DNA from: an uncultured delta proteobacterium | GTDB taxonomy: Bacteria > Myxococcota_A > Polyangia > Polyangiales > Polyangiaceae | Length of the DNA stretch: 64,000 bases | Direction of reading: 5' to 3' | Assembly: GCA_963782055.1 (NCBI GenBank) | Contig: CAWAIF010000003.1 | Location: 2,144,001-2,208,000 of the forward strand | In this document: piece by piece, positions 9,719 to 19,928 of the stretch | Layout: every line of letters starts with the position of its first letter | Position numbering within the stretch: the stretch's first letter is position 1 | Program-made: the position numbers and the translations under genes | The notes under the pieces: model-generated | Database searches by the model: none | Seen by the model: only the letters and a program-made list of their open reading frames with translations | What the model was told of the DNA's origin: nothing

Positions 9719-10783
9719 TCACGGGGCGTCGCCGATCTGCACGACGTAGTCGATCGTGATCGCGCGATCGTCGAGCAGGTTGACCGGCGGCGCGACCTGC
9801 CCGGCGGATGGGGTGTTGTCGAAGATCAGGTAGTAGGTGCCCTTCGGCACCGGGAGCGTGCGGGCGTACTGCATTCCGGCGCGCATCACGTCCCCGAACA
9901 TGGGCGCGCCCGCGAGGGGGCCTGCCTGCGGGTAGCCGGTGAAGTAGCCGAGGGACGCCTCGGCCGCGTCCTTGCGCATGAGCAGCAGGTCGGCCATGGG
10001 CAGGCCGTCGAGCATGGCGGTCACGTAGATGGCCTTGCCATCGCCATCCACGACGATGGGGCCCACGAAGTCGCGCTCGTTCTGGTGGACCTCGGTGCGG
10101 GTGTTCTCGTAGGTGATGCGGCTGGAGCCGTGCACGTCGAAGGGGTGGACCGGCCGCTTGCCCAGCTCGATGATGCCCAGGCCGAAGTCGGCGTTACCGT
10201 CCTTGTCGCGGATGACGGTGAAGCCCTCGGCCAGCTTGCCCGCGAGGAGCTGCCTGCCGAAGTTGTCGCCCAGCTGCGTGACCTGGTTGGCCATGCTCGC
10301 CATCGAGCTCTCGATGACGCGCGTGCGGAAGTTGCTCTGCTGGACCTGCTTGGTGCGGAAGTACGCGTACATCGTGCTCCCGTCCATGAGGAAGTCCTGG
10401 TCGTATTCGATGCTCGCGTTCATGTCGAAGGCGAGCTTCTTGGTGACGTTGGTCCACGCATAGCCGGAGCCCGCCATCGACACGAAGAGGTTGCCGTCGG
10501 GGAGCGTGCGCGCCTGGCAGCTCGAGGGGTAGAAGCGACCGATGACCGGCTGGTCCTCCGCCATCTTGAGCGGGGCGTCGTGCTTGAGCAGCTCGGCGCA
10601 GAACTGGTCGATGCCGTAGGAGAGGATCTCCCGGCGCAGCGTCCGGTTGGACGGGTCGTTGATGGGCCCGCTGATGGCGCCGATGCCCGTCTGCCCGCAG
10701 GAGGCGCAGCCGGTGCCGGAGACGCCGAGCACGAGCGCGGCGAGGACGAGCCAGCGAGCGCGGGCCTCGAGCGTGGGGAGCAT
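9719..10783 (-). CDS. Hypothetical lipoprotein/secreted protein
   Basis: Signal peptide with GTGC, strong coding codon bias, C-terminal beta-sandwich-like GTYYLIFDN. Confidence 0.8.
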   Translation of the reverse strand: MLPTLEARARWLVLAALVLGVSGTGCASCGQTGIGAISGPINDPSNRTLRREILSYGIDQFCAELLKHDAPLKMAEDQPVIGRFYPSSCQARTLPDGNLFVSMAGSGYAWTNVTKKLAFDMNASIEYDQDFLMDGSTMYAYFRTKQVQQSNFRTRVIESSMASMANQVTQLGDNFGRQLLAGKLAEGFTVIRDKDGNADFGLGIIELGKRPVHPFDVHGSSRITYENTRTEVHQNERDFVGPIVVDGDGKAIYVTAMLDGLPMADLLLMRKDAAEASLGYFTGYPQAGPLAGAPMFGDVMRAGMQYARTLPVPKGTYYLIFDNTPSAGQVAPPVNLLDDRAITIDYVVQIGDAP

Positions 10784-10833
10784 CCAAGCCGTTCTACCAC
10801 ACGCCGGCGGGTGGACCGGAGTACCCTCGCCGC

Positions 10834-11874
10834 ATGGCCGACGCGAAGGTGGCAGTGCTCGGATCGGGCGCGTGGGGGACGGCGCTCGCCAAGGTCCTGG
10901 CGGAGAAGGGGGACGCGGTGGTGCTCTGGGGGCGCAACGCGGAGGTGGCGACGCAGGTCAACGAGCGCCGGGAGAACGAGCGCTACCTGCCGGGGGCGAA
11001 GCTGCCCGCGTCGCTCTCCGCCACGCGTGACCTGAAGGAGGCGCTCGAGGGCGCGTCGATGGTCGTCTTCGTCGCGCCCAGCCACGCGACCCGGGAGGTG
11101 GCGCGCCTGGCCGCGCCGTTCGTGCCGCGCGGCGTGCCGGTGGTGAGCGCCACCAAGGGCATCGAGAACGAGTCGCTCATGTTCATGGACGAGGTACTGA
11201 AGGAGGAGCTGCCGCAGGAGGTGAGCGAGCGCCTCGCGTTCCTCAGCGGGCCGAGCTTCGCCAAGGAGCTGGCGCGCCACCACCCGACGGCCGTCGTCAT
11301 CGGCAGCCACCACGCCGAGACGCGCGAGCACGTGATGCGGCGCTTCCACGCGCCGTACCTCCGCACCTACGCGAGCGACGACGTCATTGGCGTCGAGTGT
11401 GGCGGCGCGCTGAAGAACGTCATCGCCATCGCGTCGGGCGCCATCGACGGCCTGGGCCTGGGCCACAACACGCGCGCCGCGCTCATCACGCGCGGCCTGG
11501 CGGAGGTGGTGCACCTGGCGGCGGCGCGCGGGGGTTCGCCCCTGACCCTCGCCGGCCTCGCCGGCATGGGCGACCTGATGCTCACCTGCACCGGCGATCT
11601 CTCGCGCAACCGCACCGTCGGCGTGGAGATGGGCAAGGGGCGCAAGCTCGCCGACGTGCTCGCCACGCTCGGTCACGTGGCCGAGGGCGTGAAGACCGCC
11701 AAGAGCGCGTACGACCTGGGTCGCAAGCTGGGCGTGGAGATGCCCATCACCCGCGAGGTGTACGCGGTGCTCTACGAGGACAAGAGCGCGGAGCAGGCCG
11801 TCGTGGATCTGATGGCCCGCGAGCTCGGACCGGAGTTCGACCTGAACGCGATGCACCGCGCCGCGCGCGGTTGA
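10834..11874 (+). CDS. gpsA: NAD(P)H-dependent glycerol-3-phosphate dehydrogenase
   Basis: VLGSGAWGTALA, ATKGIE, LSGPSFAKE, GGALKNVIAIA, GMGDLMLTCTGDLSRNR. Confidence 0.97.
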   Translation: MADAKVAVLGSGAWGTALAKVLAEKGDAVVLWGRNAEVATQVNERRENERYLPGAKLPASLSATRDLKEALEGASMVVFVAPSHATREVARLAAPFVPRGVPVVSATKGIENESLMFMDEVLKEELPQEVSERLAFLSGPSFAKELARHHPTAVVIGSHHAETREHVMRRFHAPYLRTYASDDVIGVECGGALKNVIAIASGAIDGLGLGHNTRAALITRGLAEVVHLAAARGGSPLTLAGLAGMGDLMLTCTGDLSRNRTVGVEMGKGRKLADVLATLGHVAEGVKTAKSAYDLGRKLGVEMPITREVYAVLYEDKSAEQAVVDLMARELGPEFDLNAMHRAARG

Positions 11875-11938
11875 GCGCCGCGCGTCCGAACGAAAAGAAC
11901 GTGTCGTGCGCGTTGCGGCTGGGGTAGCCTTCCAGTCG

Positions 11939-13297
11939 ATGCGAACGCGCTCGCTCGCTCTTGTCACCGCGCTTCTTTCCGGTTCGACGCTCCTCGTCGC
12001 CAACGCCTCGGCGCAGCAGCCGCAGTACCCGCCGCCGCAAGGGTCGGCGTATCCGCCGCCGCAGTACCCGCCGCCGCAAGGGTCGGCGTATCCGCCGCCG
12101 CAGTACCCGCCGCCGCAAGGGTCGGCGTACCCACCGCCGCAGTACCCGCCGCCGCAGGGGACGGCGCCGCCGCCGCAGTACCCGCCGCCGCAGGGCTACC
12201 CGCCGCCGCAGGGCTACCCGCCGCCGCAAGGCTACCCGCCGCCGCAGGGGACAGCGCCTCCTCCGCAGTACCCGCCGCCGCAGGGCTACCCGCCCCCGCA
12301 AGGCTACCCGCCGCCGCAGGGCTACCCGCCGCCGCAGGGGACGGCGCCTCCTCCGCAGCAGTATCCGCCGCCGGGCAACCCGCCCCCGCAGGCCGCCCTG
12401 CCGCCGCCCGCGCCGGTGGCGCCCAAGGACCCCAACAAGCGCGACGACGGCGAGATGGTGTTCCTCTACGCGACGAGCGCCGCCTACGGCATCACCAGCG
12501 GCATCTGGATCGACACCCTGGCGAAGGTGGACAACCCTGGCCTCGCCCTCATCGCGCCCATCCTGCTCGGCGCCGCGGTCCCCGTCGGCTTCTTCCTGTG
12601 GGACGACTTCGGCACGGTGCATCGCGGGGTGCCCTCCACCATCTCCACCGGCATCATCGCCGGCGCGCTGGAGGGGCTCGGTATCGTCGGCGTCAACCTG
12701 GCGACCACCGGCCCGCAGAAGCAATGGGGCGCCGACGGCGCGATGACCTCCGTCTTCATCGGCTCCACCCTCGGGGGGGTCGGCGGCTACTTCTTCGGCG
12801 AGTTCGTCCGCCCCGACCCGCGCCGCCTCGGGCTCATCGCCAGCGGCGCGGGCTGGGGCTCCACCGCCGGCGCGCTGATGGGGGCCGGCTCCGGCGACAA
12901 CGATCCCGAGTCCACCGGCCAGGGCGCGATGGTCGGCACCCTCGTCGGCCTCAACGTCGGGCTGCTCGGCACCGGCGCGCTCGCCGCCGCCGGCTACGAT
13001 CCCTCCTGGCGCTCGCAGGAATGGATGTGGGCCGGCGCGGGCATCGGCCTGCTCGCCACCAGCCCGGTCTACATCGTCTACGCCGCGACCGATCCCGGGA
13101 AGGCGAAGAACGGCATGGTGGCCAACAGCCTCGGGGAGATCGCCGGCGTCGTGCTCGCCGGGATCCTCACGCGCGACCTGAAGGACCCGGAGCCGCCCGG
13201 CGGAGCGAAGGCAGCCAAGGGCTTCACGCCACCCTTCACCCTCTCCATCAACCCGACACGCGGCGGGATGATGATCGGCGCCTCGGGTCTCTGGTAG
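11939..13297 (+). CDS. Secreted/membrane protein with Pro-Gln-Tyr-rich repeat region and Gly-rich hydrophobic domain
   Basis: Signal peptide ending ASA-Q, long YPPPQG repeat tract, multiple Gly-rich hydrophobic helices, C-terminal aromatic residue. Confidence 0.8.
   Translation: MRTRSLALVTALLSGSTLLVANASAQQPQYPPPQGSAYPPPQYPPPQGSAYPPPQYPPPQGSAYPPPQYPPPQGTAPPPQYPPPQGYPPPQGYPPPQGYPPPQGTAPPPQYPPPQGYPPPQGYPPPQGYPPPQGTAPPPQQYPPPGNPPPQAALPPPAPVAPKDPNKRDDGEMVFLYATSAAYGITSGIWIDTLAKVDNPGLALIAPILLGAAVPVGFFLWDDFGTVHRGVPSTISTGIIAGALEGLGIVGVNLATTGPQKQWGADGAMTSVFIGSTLGGVGGYFFGEFVRPDPRRLGLIASGAGWGSTAGALMGAGSGDNDPESTGQGAMVGTLVGLNVGLLGTGALAAAGYDPSWRSQEWMWAGAGIGLLATSPVYIVYAATDPGKAKNGMVANSLGEIAGVVLAGILTRDLKDPEPPGGAKAAKGFTPPFTLSINPTRGGMMIGASGLW
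12020..12360 (+). repeat. Nested coding tandem repeats: 39-bp unit x3, then 90-bp unit x2 built from 18-bp GYPPPQ units
   Basis: PQYPPPQGSAYPP x3 followed by GTAPPPQYPPPQ(GYPPPQ)3 x2. Confidence 0.85.
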
Positions 13298-13306
13298 CGC
13301 GAGCGC

Positions 13307-13555
13307 TCACCCGCCCGTTGGGGGCAGCGGGCTCGTCGGCGCGTCCGTCGGGGCGGCACTGTCCGCGGGGGCAGCGCTGTCGGCCGGGGCGGCGCTGTCG
13401 GCCGGGGCGGTGTCGGATGGCGCCGCGCTGCCGGCGGGCGGGACCATCTCCGGACCGTCGGGCACCATCGGCGGCTTGCTCTCGCCGCAGGCAGTCGCCA
13501 TCACCAGGGCGGCAGCGAGCGCCGCGAGCGTCAGGGTCGTCGTCCGCTGATTCAT
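13307..13555 (-). CDS. Small disordered lipoprotein with PADSAA repeats
   Basis: RBS GGAGGG upstream; MNQRTTTLTLAALAAALVMATAC lipobox; 18-bp repeat x3. Confidence 0.75.
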   Translation of the reverse strand: MNQRTTTLTLAALAAALVMATACGESKPPMVPDGPEMVPPAGSAAPSDTAPADSAAPADSAAPADSAAPTDAPTSPLPPTGG

Positions 13556-13584
13556 CGTGTCCCTCCGAGACCTACAAAACGCGA

Positions 13585-13614
13585 AGCGGGACGTGCTGTA
13601 AAGCACGTCCCGCT
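13585..13614 (-). terminator. 13-bp perfect hairpin, likely intrinsic terminator of the 13656-13880 gene
   Basis: AGCGGGACGTGCT-GTAA-AGCACGTCCCGCT, followed on the minus strand by TCGCGTTTTGT. Confidence 0.65.
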
Positions 13615-13655
13615 CGCCCGAGGCTCCGCCGTGAGGCGGTTCCCCGTAGGACCAC

Positions 13656-13880
13656 TCACTGAGCCGGGGCGGGAGCCGCCGCGGAGTCGGCCGGAGCCGC
13701 CGCGGAGTCGGCCGGAGCCGCCGCGGAGTCGGCCGGAGCCGCCGCCGAGTCGGTCGGGGCCGTCGTCGTCGTGGTGGTCGTCGAGCTCGGGTCCTGAGCC
13801 TTCGGCGCATCACCACCGCACGCAACACCGGCGATAGCAGACGCCAACGCCAGAACCGTAAGAATCGCAACCTTGTTCAT
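13656..13880 (-). CDS. Small disordered lipoprotein with PADSAAA repeats
   Basis: Strong RBS GAGGAGGAG; MNKVAILTVLALASAIAGVAC lipobox; poly-Thr stretch then 21-bp repeat x4. Confidence 0.8.
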   Translation of the reverse strand: MNKVAILTVLALASAIAGVACGGDAPKAQDPSSTTTTTTTAPTDSAAAPADSAAAPADSAAAPADSAAAPAPAQ

Positions 13881-13920
13881 TTGATCTCCTCCTCGAAAAC
13901 ACACACACGAACGGGGCAAC

Positions 13921-13950
13921 CTTTTAGCCGTACTGCCTTTCGGTGGTCAA
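13921..13950 (-). promoter_or_regulatory. Possible sigma70-type promoter
   Basis: Minus strand TTGACC (13950-13945), 18-nt spacer, TAAAAG (13926-13921), upstream of the lipoprotein RBS. Confidence 0.35.
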
Positions 13951-14104
13951 CGTTTCTCGTGGGGTCGGGGCAGAACGGCCCAGGTAGGTGGGTACCCCTT
14001 CCACGTACCCGCCCATGCCGAACGCCTCCGCCGGCACCTCCCTTACAGCGGCCCTTCGGGTTCGGCGCCGGCTCGGGTAAGCTACCCCCCGGTTCAGAGA
14101 CGCG

Positions 14105-16006
<1,902 letters not shown>

Positions 16007-16062
16007 GCCGGGCACGGCGTCGGGTTCGGTGCTGCGGGCCCGTCCGTGGGCAGAGTGGCGCT

Positions 16063-17658
16063 ATGATGATGCTCCCGAACGTGCAGACGGACCCTTCCAC
16101 TGGCGCGCCCGCGCTCGATGCCCGACCGAAGGCCGAGACGCAGAGCATCGAGGATCTGCTCGAGGAGGCACGTCGGGGGCGGATCCGCATCCCGCGGTTT
16201 CAACGCGCGCTGAAGTGGGAGCCGGATGACACGAGCCTCCTGTTCGACAGCATCTACCGCGGGTACCCGATCGGCACGTTGCTGTTCTGGCAGACCGCGG
16301 CGGAGGCGCAGCGCGTCCACTTCGGGCCGGTCGCCATCGATGCGCCTGCGAGGGCCGATGCGTGGTGGGTCGTGGACGGACAGCAGCGCCTGACGTCTCT
16401 CGTGCGCGTCCTGCTTGGGGATGGTTACGACGCGCACGCCCTCGCCTTCGACCTCGACCGGGAGGCGTTCGTTCGGGCGGGCCAGGCGAAGAAGGACGCG
16501 GCTCGCTACCTCCCCCTGACCGAGGTGCTCGACAGCGAGCGCCTCCACCGGTGGGTCGCGGACCGCGAGCTCGCGCGGGAGCGTCAGACCGTCGCCTTTC
16601 GCCTGAACAAGCGGGTGCGCGAGTACTCCGTTCCGGCCTACGTCGTCGTGACTGCCGACGAGAACGTCCTGCGGAGGATCTTCGACCGCAGCAACAACAC
16701 GGGTAAGCGTCTCACGCAGAGCGACGTGTTCGACGCGCTGCACGGCGCACGCAGCGCGGAGGAGCCCGCCGACTTCGAGGGCGTCGCCCAGTCGCTGGAG
16801 GACCTGCAGTTCGGGACGGTCGAGGAGACGATCCTCTACCGTTCGTTGCTGGCGATCCACGGATACGATGCTGTGGGCGGCGAGTTGCCGGCCTCGTTCC
16901 AGGCGGTCGGCGCTTACCCGCGGACGGCACGCGCCGTCCGGGCGGCGATCGTGTTCGTGGTGAATCGCGTCGGTATCCCTCACGTGGACTTGCTGCCGTA
17001 CAAGCAACCGCTCGTGGCCCTCGCGAAGTTCTTCAATCGGCACCCGGAGCCGTCGGCGCGGTCGGTCGAGCTGCTCGCTCGGTGGGTCTGGCGAGGCGCC
17101 TGGAGCGAGCGGCACCGTGGGGACACGGTCTCGACACGGGCAACGCTCGGGGCCATCGGCGACGACGAGAACGCCAGCGTCCAGGCTCTGCTCGCGACCA
17201 TCCCCAAGGAGGAGCCGGCGTCCGGATCCTCGCTGCCCCCGTACAACTTCCGCCATGCGCGGAGCAAGCTGGAGATCCTCGCGCTCCTGTCGCTCGGCCC
17301 GCGCGAACTACGCACCGGAGCGCCGCTCGGGGGCGCGGTCGTGGCGAAGCCCGAGTCCGTCCTCAGCGTCGTATCTACGGACCACCCCCTCGCGAAGACC
17401 GCCGCCGCGCGCATCGTCCACCCGCACATCCCCAGGCTGCGCTTCGCGCTGACGCACGCCGACGCCGACGTCCGGCGAACCCATGCCGTATCGCCCGACG
17501 CCTACCAGGCGCTGGTCGCCGACGACGAGCCGAGGTTCCTCGAGCAACGCGCTGCCGAGATCAAGCAGCTCGTTCACTCCTTCCTCGGGGCTCGTGCCAA
17601 GTGGTCGGACAACGATCGGCCGCCGCTAGACGCGCTTCGCGTTCCGGACGAGGATTGA
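16063..17658 (+). CDS. DUF262 (GmrSD/ParB-like NTPase) domain protein with apparently degenerate C-terminal HNH region (start could be 16063-16081)
   Basis: DUF262 motifs [37 protein letters not shown] and [12 protein letters not shown]. No HIFP/N-type HNH motif is recognisable in the C-terminus. Confidence 0.88.
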   Translation: MMMLPNVQTDPSTGAPALDARPKAETQSIEDLLEEARRGRIRIPRFQRALKWEPDDTSLLFDSIYRGYPIGTLLFWQTAAEAQRVHFGPVAIDAPARADAWWVVDGQQRLTSLVRVLLGDGYDAHALAFDLDREAFVRAGQAKKDAARYLPLTEVLDSERLHRWVADRELARERQTVAFRLNKRVREYSVPAYVVVTADENVLRRIFDRSNNTGKRLTQSDVFDALHGARSAEEPADFEGVAQSLEDLQFGTVEETILYRSLLAIHGYDAVGGELPASFQAVGAYPRTARAVRAAIVFVVNRVGIPHVDLLPYKQPLVALAKFFNRHPEPSARSVELLARWVWRGAWSERHRGDTVSTRATLGAIGDDENASVQALLATIPKEEPASGSSLPPYNFRHARSKLEILALLSLGPRELRTGAPLGGAVVAKPESVLSVVSTDHPLAKTAAARIVHPHIPRLRFALTHADADVRRTHAVSPDAYQALVADDEPRFLEQRAAEIKQLVHSFLGARAKWSDNDRPPLDALRVPDED

Positions 17659-17659
17659 C

Positions 17660-18853
17660 GTGCTCCTCGGGGTCTACCTCGGTGCCGACCTCGTCGGCGA
17701 GATCGTGACGAGCGCGGACCGCGTGGAGTTCCGCCTCACCGACGCGTACAGGGCGACCTATCCGCGGCCGGTGCTGGGACAGGTATTCGAGGACGACCCG
17801 GATCGCGTGCACCGGAGCCGGATCAAACTGCCTCCGTTCTTCTCCAACCTGCTACCCGAGGGAGCGCTCCGGCAGATGCTCGCACGGCAGCTTGGCTCCC
17901 GGGTGGACGACGAGCCGGCGCTCCTCGCATACCTGGGGGAGGATCTGCCGGGAGCCGTGCGGGTCGTCACCGAGGACGGGTCGAGAGAGGAGGAGGCCGG
18001 AGCGCCCGACGCAGGCGAGCATGAGGCGCCCGACGCGCTGAAGTTCTCGCTCGCCGGCGTCCAGCTGAAGCTCTCGGCGCTTCGCGTCGACCGCGGTTTG
18101 ACCATCCCCACGCACGGGGTCGGAGGAAACTGGATCGTGAAGCTTCCGGACCCCCGGTTTCCAGGGGTTCCGGAGAACGAGTGGTCGATGATGACGCTCG
18201 CAAGGAAGGCGGGGCTCGACGTGGCCGACGTCGAATTGGTCGCCTTGGGGGAGATCCGCGGTCTGCCGGAGGGGATCGCGCCGTCACCCGATACTCTCGC
18301 CCTCGCCGTGCGGCGCTTCGACCGACCCGACGGGGCACGCGTCCACATGGAGGACTTCGCGCAAGCGCTCGACGTGCGCGCCACCACGCACCGCGAGAAG
18401 TACGGTGCGGCGAACTTCGAGACGATCGCGCGGATCGTGGCTCGCGTGGCGCCGGCCTCCGCGGAGGAGTTCGTCCGCCGGCTTGCCTTCAACGTGATGA
18501 TCGGCAACGGCGACGCGCACATCAAGAACTGGTCCCTTCTCTACCCCGACCGCATCCACCCTGTTCTCTCGCCCGGCTATGACCTCGTCTCGACCGTCCT
18601 GTACATCCCGGCCGACGACCTGGGACTCAACCTCGCACGGTCGAAGCAGTTCGGGGACGTGACCGTCGAGAGCTTCGCGCGCCTGCAGCGGAAGGCCGAT
18701 CTGCCCTTCGACGCAGGGGCCACGGCGTTGGGCCTGGTCAGGCGCGTCCGTGAGGTGTGGGCCGAGGTTCGAAGCGCGCTTCCCCTGGCCGAGAGCGGGA
18801 AGCAGGCGATCGAGGCGCACTGGGGCACCGTCCCGCTCGTCCGCACCGCCTAG
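17660..18853 (+). CDS. hipA: HipA-family Ser/Thr kinase toxin (Couple_HipA N-domain + HipA_C)
   Basis: LPPFFSNLLPEG, GEDLPGAV, FSLAGVQLK, WIVK, ENE, RRFDR, HMEDFAQ, IGNGDAHIKNWSLL, LSPGYDL. GTG lies 1 nt after the upstream stop, with a GAGGA RBS. Confidence 0.93.
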   Translation: MLLGVYLGADLVGEIVTSADRVEFRLTDAYRATYPRPVLGQVFEDDPDRVHRSRIKLPPFFSNLLPEGALRQMLARQLGSRVDDEPALLAYLGEDLPGAVRVVTEDGSREEEAGAPDAGEHEAPDALKFSLAGVQLKLSALRVDRGLTIPTHGVGGNWIVKLPDPRFPGVPENEWSMMTLARKAGLDVADVELVALGEIRGLPEGIAPSPDTLALAVRRFDRPDGARVHMEDFAQALDVRATTHREKYGAANFETIARIVARVAPASAEEFVRRLAFNVMIGNGDAHIKNWSLLYPDRIHPVLSPGYDLVSTVLYIPADDLGLNLARSKQFGDVTVESFARLQRKADLPFDAGATALGLVRRVREVWAEVRSALPLAESGKQAIEAHWGTVPLVRTA

Positions 18854-18873
18854 GCTGGTGCTACGCTTCGACC

Positions 18874-19352
18874 ATGGGTTGGAGCGGGGTCCCCGGGCCT
18901 GCGGTGTGCCTGGCGATCCTCGGGTGCGGGAGTGAGCCGGCGGACCTCGACGACGCCGGTCGCGACGCGACGGTGGAGGCGCGGCCGCGCGCGCCGGCGC
19001 AGGGGCGGCTCGTCGACGTCGTGACGCCGCCACTGCAGCCGGACCCGACGTTGGACGGGGGCGGACCCTTTCTCTGCGAGGGGTGTGTCTGCAACGGCGC
19101 CGACCACTTCTGCTACGTCTACTGTGGCAGCGGGGGCGGGGCGCCGCCGCCGCTCGCCCCCGTGGACGGCGGTATCGCCGACGCGGGCCCATGCAAGGAG
19201 CCGGACGCGGCCTTCACGACCGGTTGCCACGCGGTGCCCGCGGAATGCCTGCCCGACCCTTCGTGCGCCTGATCGCACACCACTTCATCGGCAGGTGCGA
19301 GCTGGACCCGAGCGGAGACGGCATCGATCTCACGTTCCAGCCCGTCCCGTGA
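18874..19352 (+). pseudogene. Cys-rich lipoprotein, paralog of the next gene, frameshifted near 19268
   Basis: Lipobox ILGC and shared motif DPTxDGGGPFLCxGCVCNGADHxC. The frame stops at CLPDPSCA, but the homologous tail CELDPSGDGIDLT continues in another frame. Confidence 0.7.
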
Positions 19353-19372
19353 AACCGCGCTACCATCTCGGG

Positions 19373-19861
19373 ATGAGGCGCTTGCTCGTCCTGGGGATCG
19401 CGGGGGTGGTGTGGGCGGCGGTGCCGGCTTGCGGGAGCGACCCCGGGGATGCGGGCGACGCCGGGGCGGACGCGACGGCGGACGTGACGCCGAAGAAGGA
19501 CGCCGCGAGCGACTCGCCCTTCGCCGACGACATCGCCGTCTTCGACTCCTTCCCGCCGGCCGACCCCACCGTCGACGGCGGTGGGCCGTTCCTGTGCAAC
19601 GGGTGCGTGTGCAACGGCGCCGACCACTACTGCTTCCTCGTCAGCGGCGGGGGGGCGCCCCCGCCCATGCCGCTGGATTTCGACGCGGGCGACGCCGGGC
19701 TCTGCCCCGAGCCGGACGCCGGGCCGGCGAGCTGCCGCCCGGTGCCCGCCAATTGCCTGCCCGACCCCTCCTGCTCGTGCATCACCCAATCGCAGGGAGG
19801 AAGCGGCTGCCAGGTGGACCCCAGCGGGAACGGGATCGTCGTCACCCTGCTGGCACCGTAG
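19373..19861 (+). CDS. Cys-rich lipoprotein
   Basis: MRRLLVLGIAGVVWAAVPAC lipobox, DAG linker, FLCNGCVCNGADHYC...CLPDPSCSC...CQVDPSGNG. Confidence 0.8.
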   Translation: MRRLLVLGIAGVVWAAVPACGSDPGDAGDAGADATADVTPKKDAASDSPFADDIAVFDSFPPADPTVDGGGPFLCNGCVCNGADHYCFLVSGGGAPPPMPLDFDAGDAGLCPEPDAGPASCRPVPANCLPDPSCSCITQSQGGSGCQVDPSGNGIVVTLLAP

Positions 19862-19928
19862 CGCCTGCGCCGCCCGGCGCGGGTATGCTGGTCAGGCTCC
19901 GTGACGGTGATCCGTCGGAGCTGCCGCC

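Noticed and set aside
12020..13755. Tandem repeats as a possible CRISPR array
   Set aside because: Units are multiples of 3 inside coding regions, with no unique spacers and no cas genes.
13905..13965. Possible c-di-GMP-I riboswitch upstream of the small lipoprotein (GAAA loop, CTAA, TTGCC on minus strand)
   Set aside because: Too short and lacks the P2/P3 stems and conserved junction. Better explained as a promoter.
16007..16230. A small hipB-like HTH antitoxin ORF near hipA
   Set aside because: Short ORFs here and after 18853 show no HTH features. The downstream gene is a lipoprotein.
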